Positions 46,925 through 55,902 of a stretch of DNA of 64,000 nt are shown in pieces. The stretch's first letter is position 1, and the number at the start of each line of letters is the position of its first letter. The position numbers were made by a program, and so were the translations under genes. The notes under the pieces are model-generated. The model did no database searches. It had not been told where the DNA came from and saw only the letters and a list, made by a program, of their open reading frames with translations. Source of the stretch: a bacterium (GTDB taxonomy: Bacteria > UBA8248); assembly GCA_965221165.1 (NCBI GenBank), contig CBDCRP010000003.1, positions 1,888,001 to 1,952,000 of the forward strand. Reading direction: 5' to 3'.

Positions 46925-47362
46925 CTACTTCTGCGCCCAGTCGGGAATTTCCTCGCCCTCGGGGACGTACTGCAACAGCTCTATCGCGAGGCCTCCCGTG
47001 GTGGCGGCGTTCGCGAAGGTGATGACGCCGCCGCGCGACCCGTAAGTGGGCGGAAGCGTGAACTCCACCCCCCTGGCCTCCCATTCGGCCATCGTGGCCC
47101 TCAGGTCATCGACGACGAAGCAGATATGGTGCAGCCCCTCGCCGCGCGCGGCGATAAACCGGTTGAGCGGGGCATCGGGATTGCTCATCTCCACGAGTTC
47201 CATCACGGCGCCTTCGGCCTCGTAGAAATCGAGACGGGCGGTGTTGCCGGGGCGCTCATAGACCTTTCTCTCCAGGAACCGAAAACCCAGCAAATCCTCC
47301 ATCACGTCCTTTTTCCCGTCCAGATTGCTGACGGCGTAGCCCAGGTGATCCACTTTCGGCAT
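46925..47362 (-). CDS. VOC family protein (methylmalonyl-CoA epimerase-like)
   Basis: VDHLGYAV, MELVE, RGEGLHHICF, TGGLAIELLQ. Confidence 0.85.
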   Translation of the reverse strand: MPKVDHLGYAVSNLDGKKDVMEDLLGFRFLERKVYERPGNTARLDFYEAEGAVMELVEMSNPDAPLNRFIAARGEGLHHICFVVDDLRATMAEWEARGVEFTLPPTYGSRGGVITFANAATTGGLAIELLQYVPEGEEIPDWAQK

Positions 47363-47632
47363 TTTTCAAAACTCCTCCGGAATAAAGAAACGATCCTGCG
47401 AGAATCATCCACAGGCTAACCCGCGCCTCCGGGCGGGCGCAAATTCACCGCGGCCCGGGCGGTCTCCCCCGCGAACGTGATAGATCCCCGCCCGAAGAGG
47501 GGATTGTCCCAAAGAACGCCTCCCGGGAGAACACCCACCCGGCGTAGCAGCCACCCCTGCGGGGTAGCTACCCGAAGAAGCGATATGTATACTCAGCCTC
47601 TTTTGCGGAACAAAGGGGATTATCGAGAACGC

Positions 47633-48517
47633 ATGTCTGCCATTCTGCCGCTTTTGAACATCGTTTTTCCGGTCATGGCCCTGGTCGGCATCGGCTTCCT
47701 CTACGGCCGGTGGAAAAAGCTCGACCCCAAGGTGCTGGCCGAGATGGTGCTGTTCCTCCTCGCGCCAGCCGTGATGTTCGACGCCCTGGCGCGCCAGCAA
47801 ATCCAGTGGGAGGAACTGGTCAAGGCGGGCGTCTTCTCCATTCTGATTCATATCATCCCCGGGGCGGTCGCCTACGCCGTCAAGCGCGCGGCGGGCATGA
47901 CGCAGCGCTCCTTCGTGCCCAGCGTGATGCTCATGAACTCCGTCTCGCTGCCCTATCCCCTGGCGCTTCTGGCATTCGGCGAAGAGGGTCTGGCGCACTT
48001 GGTGCTGCTCTCCATCCCGAACGTCTTCATCACCTTTTCCTTGGGAATCATGGCCCACGGAGGCGGCACGAGCATCAAGGAGCCCCTCAAGATGCCCGCC
48101 CTCTATGCGGCGATAGCGGGCATCATCGTGGCGCTGGCGGCGATTCCCGTGCCCAGATTCATCATGCGCTTCGCGCACCTGACCGGACGCGGCATGTTTC
48201 CGGTGGAACTCTTCACGCTGGGCTACCGGCTTCGCTCCATCCGGGTGTCGGATTTCCGCCTAAGCCTCCTGGTGGCGGGTCTCAGGTTCGGGATCGGTTT
48301 CTCGCTGGCATGGGCGCTGTCCGAGGCCTTTGCGCTCACGGGCGTGTTCCGCGCGTCGCTCTTCCTCTTGTCGTGCAGCCCGCCCGCCGTGCTGAACTAC
48401 ATTTTCGCCGAGCGCTACGGGGACGAAGGCTCCCTCGCCGCCTCCATCGTATTCACGGGCACGGCGCTGAGCTTCATCACCACGCCCCTGCTTCTGCTGT
48501 ATCTGGGAGTGTCCTAG
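47633..48517 (+). CDS. AEC (auxin efflux carrier) family transporter
   Basis: About 10 TM segments; NSVSLPYPLALLAFG, PPAVLNYIFAERY. Confidence 0.88.
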   Translation: MSAILPLLNIVFPVMALVGIGFLYGRWKKLDPKVLAEMVLFLLAPAVMFDALARQQIQWEELVKAGVFSILIHIIPGAVAYAVKRAAGMTQRSFVPSVMLMNSVSLPYPLALLAFGEEGLAHLVLLSIPNVFITFSLGIMAHGGGTSIKEPLKMPALYAAIAGIIVALAAIPVPRFIMRFAHLTGRGMFPVELFTLGYRLRSIRVSDFRLSLLVAGLRFGIGFSLAWALSEAFALTGVFRASLFLLSCSPPAVLNYIFAERYGDEGSLAASIVFTGTALSFITTPLLLLYLGVS

Positions 48518-48806
48518 AATTTCCGGCAGGCAGGCTATATCTCCAAACGAGAGCCACCCGGCCGTTATAAGATCAGATCGGGCGCTTGGGCCGATGTTTC
48601 CGACCGGCAGGCTTTGTTCGCGCACCGGATCGGCGCAGCCGACTCGAAACGCGCGCCCGGACCGGTGTTTCTGACTGGCAGGCATCGTTTCCAAGCTGAA
48701 ACAATGCAGCCGTCATGAGATCGGCCGCTTCGGCCAGCGTTTCCTGCGGGCAGGCATCACCCGCGAACCGAAACCGCGCAGCCCGCATCGCCGACTCGAA
48801 GCGCGC

Positions 48807-49520
48807 CTAGCCCCGTGTTTCCCCCTGGCCGACCTTGCCCTTGAGCCACAGCCTCAAAGGCTCCTGAAAATAGACCGCCGCCGCCGCGATGAGGACGGTG
48901 ACTACCAGCAGAGTGACCACCAGGCCGTAATGCCCCTTATACATCCCGGCTCCCTGGACCCCCAGCATGATGGTGCCGGGGATTCTGCCCAGAAAGGCGA
49001 TCAGCACGAAGGTCAATGTCTTGAGCGGACTCAGGCCCAGCAGGTAGCACATGTAGTCCTTGGGAAAGCCTGGAATCGAAAAGAATATAAAGGCGAGAAA
49101 CGCGCCCCTGCTCGTGATGAGGAAATCGAATTTCTCCAGAATCCCTGGCGGTATGAGCTTCTCCACGAAGGGACGGCCCAGCTTTCGCCCGAAGTAGAAC
49201 GCGAGGAAACTCCCCAGCGTCAAACCGATGGTGCTGAATACCGTCGCCACGAACGCGCCGTAGACGTAGCCGCCCAGAAACCCCGTGAGTTCGCCGGGTA
49301 TGGGAGAGAAAACCACCTGGAACACCTGCACCCCGATGAACACCACCGGACCCCAGTGGCCGAATGAGTGAATCCAGTCCCGGAACTTCTCTTTCTTGTC
49401 CTGGAGCTTCACCAGGTTCGCCCAGGCGGCGTCCAACTCGCCCCAGAAAAGGTAGACGAGCAGCGCGGTCGCCAGCAGGCAAAACCCCGCCGCCCATAGG
49501 ATTTTCGTCTTGCCGTTCAA
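48807..49520 (-). CDS. TVP38/TMEM64 (VTT/DedA-related) membrane protein
   Basis: QVVFSPIPGE, FYFGRKLGR, IPGFPKD, GRIPG. Confidence 0.88.
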   Translation of the reverse strand: MNGKTKILWAAGFCLLATALLVYLFWGELDAAWANLVKLQDKKEKFRDWIHSFGHWGPVVFIGVQVFQVVFSPIPGELTGFLGGYVYGAFVATVFSTIGLTLGSFLAFYFGRKLGRPFVEKLIPPGILEKFDFLITSRGAFLAFIFFSIPGFPKDYMCYLLGLSPLKTLTFVLIAFLGRIPGTIMLGVQGAGMYKGHYGLVVTLLVVTVLIAAAAVYFQEPLRLWLKGKVGQGETRG

Positions 49521-49769
49521 CTCGGGTATTCCTCTTGCGGGCGAATAAATACTTGGAACCAAAACGAACCATTACATACCATCAAATCACCCGCATGGGT
49601 AACAATAAAACCCTTTTCGGCGCAATTGTTGACATCGAAGCGCTCACCGCCCAAGATCGACCCTCCACGAGACATGTCCGGAGTCATTGGAGAAGACATG
49701 GCAAACGCCCGCCCGAACGCGCATCCCGAAAACTTGAACGCAGACTCCGCGCGCCCGGGGGAGAGCCGC

Positions 49770-50957
49770 ATGAGCGCGGGCGGCATCACAATTTCCGAAC
49801 TCACGAGCGCGGTCAAGGAATGCGCCCTCTCGCACGGTTTCGACGTTGCCGCGGTCGCCCCTCCCGGCCTGGGCCAAGCGCACGGGCGATACCTCGAATG
49901 GATCGAGCGAGGCTACGCGGGCGAGATGAGCTATCTGGGCAGAAACCCCTATGTGCGCGGCGATTTGCGCCGCCTCTGGCCGGAGACGCGCACAGCCCTC
50001 GTGGTCGCCATGTGCTACAAGCCCGAGGAGGAAACGCCCCACGGGCGCGGGCAGGGGAAAATCGCGCGCTACGCCCACGGCGGGGATTACCACAAGTTCA
50101 TGAAGAAAAGGCTGATTCGCGTTCTGCGCGACCTTAAAAGTATCGACCCCGGAATCGAGGGCAGAAGCTACGTGGACACCGGTCCCCTGCTCGAGCGCGA
50201 CCTGGCCGTCATCGCGGGCCTGGGCTGGAAAGGAAAAAACTCGCTCCTGCTCTCGCGTCGGCTGGGGAGTTATTTCTTCCTGGGATGCCTGCTCCTGAAC
50301 CGTGCGCTCGAGGCGGACCCGCCCTTCGTCGAGGAGCATTGCGGCACGTGTACGCGGTGTATCGACGATTGCCCGACGGACGCCATCATAGCGCCCGGCG
50401 TGGTGGATGCGCGGCGCTGCATCTCCTACCTCACCATTGAGCTCAGAGGCCCGATTCCCAGGGAGCTCCGCGCTCCGGTGGGCGCGCACGTCTTCGGCTG
50501 CGACATCTGCCAGGAGGTCTGCCCCTGGAACGATGACGCCCCCACCGCGCGCGAGCCGAGGTTCGCCCCCCGCCCGGCGGCGCGGAATCCGCAATTGCTC
50601 GATTTCCTTGCCATGAGCGAGACCGGGTTCCAAAAGACGTTTCGCGGCACGCCCGTCAGGCGCGCGCGCTACGGGGGTTTCCTGAGAAACGTCATCGTCG
50701 CGGTCGGCAACACGGGCGGCGCGGAGAGCATCGCACCTCTAAGCCGCGCCCTCGAGCACAGAGAACCCCTGGCGCGGGGCCACGCCGCGTGGGCGCTCGC
50801 CCAGGTCGGCAAACGTATCCGCGATGAGCGCGCGCGCTTCGCTCTCGAAGCCAGGCTCGAAGTCGAAAGAGACGCCTGGGTGCGCGAGGAGATCGAACTG
50901 GCCCTCGGCGAATTCGCCCTGCTGTCGCTTCCCGTCTACGGGAGCGAGGGGTCATAA
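49770..50957 (+). CDS. queG: Epoxyqueuosine reductase
   Basis: IARYAHGGDYH, YVDTGPLLER, CGTCTRCIDDCPT, RCISYLTIE, FGCDICQEVCPWN, C-terminal HEAT-like repeat. Confidence 0.96.
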   Translation: MSAGGITISELTSAVKECALSHGFDVAAVAPPGLGQAHGRYLEWIERGYAGEMSYLGRNPYVRGDLRRLWPETRTALVVAMCYKPEEETPHGRGQGKIARYAHGGDYHKFMKKRLIRVLRDLKSIDPGIEGRSYVDTGPLLERDLAVIAGLGWKGKNSLLLSRRLGSYFFLGCLLLNRALEADPPFVEEHCGTCTRCIDDCPTDAIIAPGVVDARRCISYLTIELRGPIPRELRAPVGAHVFGCDICQEVCPWNDDAPTAREPRFAPRPAARNPQLLDFLAMSETGFQKTFRGTPVRRARYGGFLRNVIVAVGNTGGAESIAPLSRALEHREPLARGHAAWALAQVGKRIRDERARFALEARLEVERDAWVREEIELALGEFALLSLPVYGSEGS

Positions 50958-51191
50958 ACCAGCAGGTCAATGAAAGAAATCCCTCAAAAGCAAACTAATC
51001 CCTTACCTCAACCTGCCCGTCAGGCGCGATGCGCCGTTCTCTTCGGCCCTAAACAAGCAAGCACAATACCGCTCGATTCCTCATCTCAAACCCCGCCGGG
51101 CGTTCCGGCGCTTTCTCTCGTGTGCTAGAATCGGTGCTTCTAAAAACAACTCGGCGTCTTAAAGCCGGTTCAAACACGATGGGAGCGCGCC

Positions 51192-51995
51192 ATGAAGACC
51201 GTATCCGTAAACGGAATCGATATCGCCTACCAGGAATCTGGGAGCGGGGCGCCGCTCCTGCTCCTGCACGGGTTTTCCCTGGATCACACCATCTGGGGGC
51301 CCCAGGTCGAAGCGCTTGAGAGAAGCTACCGGGTACTGGCTCCCGATATGCGCGGCATGGGCAGAACGGCGCACTCAGGCGGCCCCATCACGGTCGAGAT
51401 GATGGCCGACGACATGGCGGCCTTCTTAGGCGCGCTCGATATCAGCGCCGCCGCCGTGGCGGGGTTTTCCCTGGGCGGCTACATCCTGCTCCAGATGGTG
51501 GTCCGCCATCCGCTGAAAGTCCGCGCGTGCGGTTTCATCAGCACCCGGGCGACGGCGGACTCAGAAGAGGGCAAAAAGGTGCGCCTACAGCACATGCAGA
51601 CCGTCATCAACGAGGGGATGGCGGGTTTCGCGGGGCATTTTCTGGAGAGCCTGTTTGCGCCCGCCTACATAGATGCCCATCCGCTAGAAATAGAGGCCAC
51701 GCAAAAGGTCGTGCTCTCACAAATCCCCGACTACATCGCCTCGCTCATCGACGCTCTGCGCACGCGCGAGGAGATGACGCCGCGCCTGGGCGAAATCGCC
51801 GTTCCATGCGCCGTGTTCGGCGGCACGGGCGATGCGCTGGTGCCGCACGCGCAGATGACCGCACTGCACGAGGGGCTGAGCGATTCCGTCATCGAGTTGG
51901 TCGAAGGTGCTGGCCACACGACGCCGTTCGAGTGCGCCGATCGCGTGAGCTTTCAGCTCGACCAGATGATGCAGCGCGCGGGCATGTGGATGTAG
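51192..51995 (+). CDS. Alpha/beta hydrolase (3-oxoadipate enol-lactonase-like)
   Basis: LLHGF, PDMRGMG, GFSLGG, GAGH. Confidence 0.88.
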   Translation: MKTVSVNGIDIAYQESGSGAPLLLLHGFSLDHTIWGPQVEALERSYRVLAPDMRGMGRTAHSGGPITVEMMADDMAAFLGALDISAAAVAGFSLGGYILLQMVVRHPLKVRACGFISTRATADSEEGKKVRLQHMQTVINEGMAGFAGHFLESLFAPAYIDAHPLEIEATQKVVLSQIPDYIASLIDALRTREEMTPRLGEIAVPCAVFGGTGDALVPHAQMTALHEGLSDSVIELVEGAGHTTPFECADRVSFQLDQMMQRAGMWM

Positions 51996-52006
51996 GCTTG
52001 GCGTAA

Positions 52007-52550
52007 GGGGATGTTGAAAAAACCCCAAAAAACAGGGAATGGATTTCTCAATCGACATACGCTAATGAAATGACTCCCCCCTTGAGGGGGTTGTTGAAAA
52101 ATCCGGTCCTGGGAGCGAGCGCAAATGCAGTTCCTCCTTTCTCAGTCGGAACTGACCTCATCGGTCGCGTCAAACCCTCGTTTGCATGGCCACCGTATCG
52201 ACCTCACCCTGAGTAGCCGCCGAAGGTCAAACGCGACTGAGAAAGGAGCGTTTGTATCGAAGGGCGCTACCTTTCGATGCGCCCCGTTTGACCCTCCCTC
52301 CTCGTAGGGTCAAACCCTCGATACGGCGCGCGAGCGCGCCTACTCGGGATGAGGGAGGTATTCGCCGCCAGGGCGGCGAATACGTCGTGGATCAAACGCG
52401 AGTGAGGAATGTCAAATCCGAGTGAGGAGCGAGGATTTGTTTGACGCGAGTGATGAACAAGCGTTTGCCGACCGACGAGAGAGGTATTACGCGCAAGGGC
52501 GACGAATGCGCCGCAGGCATTTTCCCTTGAGGGGGTTTTTCAACAACCCC
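52007..52550. mobile_element. Non-autonomous MITE-like element with IS-type terminal inverted repeats and nested palindromic repeats
   Basis: GGGGTTGTTGAAAAA (52087-52101) is the exact inverse of TTTTTCAACAACCCC (52536-52550); a second left end GGGGATGTTGAAAAA starts at 52007; no transposase. Confidence 0.7.
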
Positions 52551-52555
52551 GTAAG

Positions 52556-53329
52556 CTACCCCCAGGAAACTTTTTCTCTCAGCCAGTCGATCTGCTTGAC
52601 GGGTGCTGCGAGTACGGGTTCAGGCGTCCGGCGTCCATCGGCCAGCGCCGCGTAGTCTATTTCCGCTCCTGAAAGATACGCCACGCTTCCCCCCGCGCGC
52701 TCGTAGATGAGTGCGGCGGCAGCGAAATCATACGCGCGTATCGGCTCCATCAGCGTACCAAAGCCCGAACCCGCCGCCGTGAGGCATACGTGGCAGGCGG
52801 CTGAGGCCAGCGCGAGAAAGCGTCCCGGATAGCGATGCGAGAGGCCTTTCACCTCGCCGCACGGGACGAAGAGATAATCGTGCGCGGTGGGAGCCTCCTG
52901 CCCGACTTTGGGGAGCGACGCACCATTTCTCATTGCGGGGCCTGAGATCGTAGCGGTGAAGGTATCGCCCATCGCGGGCATATGGACGACGCCCGCCTCC
53001 ACGAGAGCGCCTTTAAGACACGCGATGGAGACCGCCCAGAAGGGGAGTCCCTTCAAGTAGGGGCCGGTGCCGTCGATGGGGTCAATCGCCCACCAGCGGG
53101 TGTCGGGGCCGATCTCGCGTGCGCGGCTCACCCCGCTTTCCTCCGCCAGTACGGGGTCATCGGGCCAGGCCGCGCGAATTCGGGAGAGAATGATATCCTC
53201 CGCCTCCCTGTCGGCGCGCGAGACGATGCTCCGCCCCTTGGGTTCACTCTCCACGTGGCCAGCCAACTCCACCGCGCGCGCGCCAGCCTCCCGGGCGGTC
53301 TCCTCCATGAACGAAACGATATCGGACAC
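52556..53329 (-). CDS. Inositol monophosphatase family protein
   Basis: ADREAE, LAEE, WAIDPIDGT, YDFAAA; AAGGAG RBS before GTG 53329. Confidence 0.9.
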   Translation of the reverse strand: MSDIVSFMEETAREAGARAVELAGHVESEPKGRSIVSRADREAEDIILSRIRAAWPDDPVLAEESGVSRAREIGPDTRWWAIDPIDGTGPYLKGLPFWAVSIACLKGALVEAGVVHMPAMGDTFTATISGPAMRNGASLPKVGQEAPTAHDYLFVPCGEVKGLSHRYPGRFLALASAACHVCLTAAGSGFGTLMEPIRAYDFAAAALIYERAGGSVAYLSGAEIDYAALADGRRTPEPVLAAPVKQIDWLREKVSWG

Positions 53330-53542
53330 CCGGACTCCTTTTTCTCTTAAAGCTCCGGCTTGAGGGTTTGAGCCACGCGCCATGATGGGGGAGCCTCGGG
53401 CCGATGACAAGGGCGCAGCGGGCGCGAGGAGATTCGCTCCCTTTGAAAGGGAGACCCGAATCGTCGACAAAAGGCGGTTGAATTGTTACAAGGGGAAAAT
53501 TTTCTGCTTCACGGGAAGCCCACAGACACAGGAGACTTATCC

Positions 53543-53980
53543 ATGCCATTCGCCCGAACCCATCGACTCACCACCAAGGGGGCCAGATTGATGATGACGG
53601 CCGCCATCGCCAAGGCGGAGGAGTTCGGCATCCCCGTCACCGTGGCCATCGCCGATGCGGGCGGACACTTGGTCCTGCTCGAGCGGATGGACGGCGGGCG
53701 TTTTCATACCGTGCATTCCTCCACCACCAAGGCGGTGTGTTCGGCCTCGAACAAGCGGCCCACCACCACGCAGGGCGCGCAGGCCCAGCATCTCGATACC
53801 GCCCACGCCTTGGGGTTGGCCCTGGCCGCGGGTCCCGAGCGATGGACGGCGATGGAAGGCGGCTTTCCGATCCTCTATGAGGGCGAATGCCTGGGCGGCA
53901 TCGGCGTGAGCGGAGGCGACTGGGCGCAGGATGAGGCCATCGCGCGCGTCGCCGTCGAGGCGGTGGGCGCTTCTTTTTGA
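53543..53980 (+). CDS. GlcG/HbpS-like haem-binding protein (DUF336)
   Basis: VTVAIADAGGHL...RMDG, GGFPI, GGIGVSG. Confidence 0.9.
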   Translation: MPFARTHRLTTKGARLMMTAAIAKAEEFGIPVTVAIADAGGHLVLLERMDGGRFHTVHSSTTKAVCSASNKRPTTTQGAQAQHLDTAHALGLALAAGPERWTAMEGGFPILYEGECLGGIGVSGGDWAQDEAIARVAVEAVGASF

Positions 53981-54064
53981 TCCAAGGTGCGGTGCGCCTT
54001 TGCGAAAACCCGCAAAAAACAATTTTTATCCCCTATATCGGCATCATAAGGAGTCACTGGAAAA

Positions 54065-55078
54065 ATGAGTTCAAAACCCCTGAGGGTGGCCTCGCTCGGC
54101 ATGGGATGGTGGTCGGACGTTCTGGCCGATGCGATTCAAAAGAGCGATAAAATCGAGATTGCCGCCTGCTTCACGCGCTCAGAAGAGAAGCGCGCGGCCT
54201 TCGCGAAAAAATACAATTGTGAGGCGGCGGGGAGTTATGAGGAAATTCTGGTGGATGATTCGGTCGAGGCCATCATCAACACCACGCCCAACCACGTTCA
54301 CCTCGAATCCACGGAGGCGGCGGCGCGGGCGGGCAAGCACGTTTTTCTGGATAAACCCATCGCCCATACGGTCGCCGACGGCAAGGCGCTCACCCGCGCG
54401 TGCGCGGAGGCGGGCGTGGTTCTCGCCATCGGCTACCAGAGGAGGCGGGAGAACCATTTCCGCTGGATCAGGAACCGGATCGACGCGGGCGAATTCGGCA
54501 GGCTCGTGCAGGCGGAGTGCAACATCAGCAGAGACAGGGAGGGGCAGTTCGAACCCGGCCACTGGCGCTATCAGTCCGACGCCATGCCGGGCGGCGTCAT
54601 GCTCCAGATAGGCATCCACTACGCCGACGTGCTGACCTACCTGATGGGTCCCGTGGTGGCCGTTTCGGGAAGGACGGCCCAACTCGTCCTGCCCGGTGAG
54701 AACCCCGACGTGGCGAACCTGATCCTGGAGCACGAATCAGGCGCCATCTCGAACCTCACGGCGAGCTACGCCTCGGCTTCGGAGTATTACCTCATGAACA
54801 TTTACGGGAAAACGGCCACGGCCTACTACACGCTTTTTGACGGCCTGCGCGTCCTCTACCAGGGAGAGAGAGCGCCCAAGTCGGTGGCATGTGAGAAGAA
54901 CGACACCATCGTGGAGGAGATCGAAGAATTCGCGGACGCCGTTCGCGGAGGCGCGCGGCCGGAGATGGAAGGAGAGGCCGCCGTATCCTCTCTCGCCGTC
55001 ATCCGCGCGGGCGTACGCTCCGCGCGCGAGGGACGCCGCGTGGAGGTGGCCGAAATCCTCAATGACCCGAACGAATAA
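54065..55078 (+). CDS. Gfo/Idh/MocA family oxidoreductase
   Basis: GMGWWS, TPNHVH, AGKHVFLDKP, GYQRR, GGVMLQIGIH. Confidence 0.92.
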   Translation: MSSKPLRVASLGMGWWSDVLADAIQKSDKIEIAACFTRSEEKRAAFAKKYNCEAAGSYEEILVDDSVEAIINTTPNHVHLESTEAAARAGKHVFLDKPIAHTVADGKALTRACAEAGVVLAIGYQRRRENHFRWIRNRIDAGEFGRLVQAECNISRDREGQFEPGHWRYQSDAMPGGVMLQIGIHYADVLTYLMGPVVAVSGRTAQLVLPGENPDVANLILEHESGAISNLTASYASASEYYLMNIYGKTATAYYTLFDGLRVLYQGERAPKSVACEKNDTIVEEIEEFADAVRGGARPEMEGEAAVSSLAVIRAGVRSAREGRRVEVAEILNDPNE

Positions 55079-55104
55079 ATCATAAAATCTTAAAAGGAGA
55101 AGCC

Positions 55105-55902
55105 ATGCCACGCATTCAAGCCGGTGAGGTGCAACTGAACTACGCGGAAAGTGGAGAGGGGGAGGCGTTTTTGTTCATCCCCGGCCTCATGGGTCTTCTG
55201 GACGCCTGGGATTTCCAGATTCCCCATTTCTCGGACCGCTACCGCTGCATCACCTTCGACCACAGGGGCACGGGCGAGAGCGACAAGCCCAAAGACGCCT
55301 ATTCCACAGGCATCATCGCGCAGGACGCGGTCGCCCTGCTCGACGCGCTGGGAATCGAAAAGGCCCACGTGGCGGGCACTTCCACGGGCGGGTGCATACT
55401 GCAAAATCTGGCGCTCGACTACCCCGAGCGGATAAATTGTTGTGTTTTCACCAACACCTGGACGAAGGCGGACCCCTACATGACGCGCTTACAAACCTCG
55501 CGCAAGCAGATCGCCGAGGCCTACGGGCTGGAGGAATACATCAAGTTCAGCTCGCTGTGGACGTGCGGGTGGACGCAGTTCCGGAATATGTACGAGAACC
55601 TGCTCGACCTCGAATCGCGCCAGAAGGACACCATCGCGCCCGTGGAGGTCATCACCGCGCGCCTCGACATGACGCTCACCCACGACAGAACCGCAGAGAT
55701 TCAGGGCATCGACAAGCCTTCGCTCATCATCGCCGCGAAAGACGACGCCCTCACCCCGCCGTACTTCGCCCAGGACTTACAAAAGGCGATAGCGGGTTCC
55801 AGGCTCGTGATACTGGAAGAGGGGGGCCACTACAGCTACCGCCGCTCCCACGTGGAGTGGAACGCGGCCGTGGATGCGTTTTTAGTGGAAGCGGCCGGTT
55901 AG
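55105..55902 (+). CDS. Alpha/beta hydrolase (RutD-like)
   Basis: PGLMG, FDHRGTGES, GTSTGG, GGHY. Confidence 0.85.
   Translation: MPRIQAGEVQLNYAESGEGEAFLFIPGLMGLLDAWDFQIPHFSDRYRCITFDHRGTGESDKPKDAYSTGIIAQDAVALLDALGIEKAHVAGTSTGGCILQNLALDYPERINCCVFTNTWTKADPYMTRLQTSRKQIAEAYGLEEYIKFSSLWTCGWTQFRNMYENLLDLESRQKDTIAPVEVITARLDMTLTHDRTAEIQGIDKPSLIIAAKDDALTPPYFAQDLQKAIAGSRLVILEEGGHYSYRRSHVEWNAAVDAFLVEAAG

Noticed and set aside
48520-48806. Intergenic segment with a repeated GCCGACTCGAA.CGCGC
   Set aside because: Only two short copies, with no supporting ORF or consistent structure.
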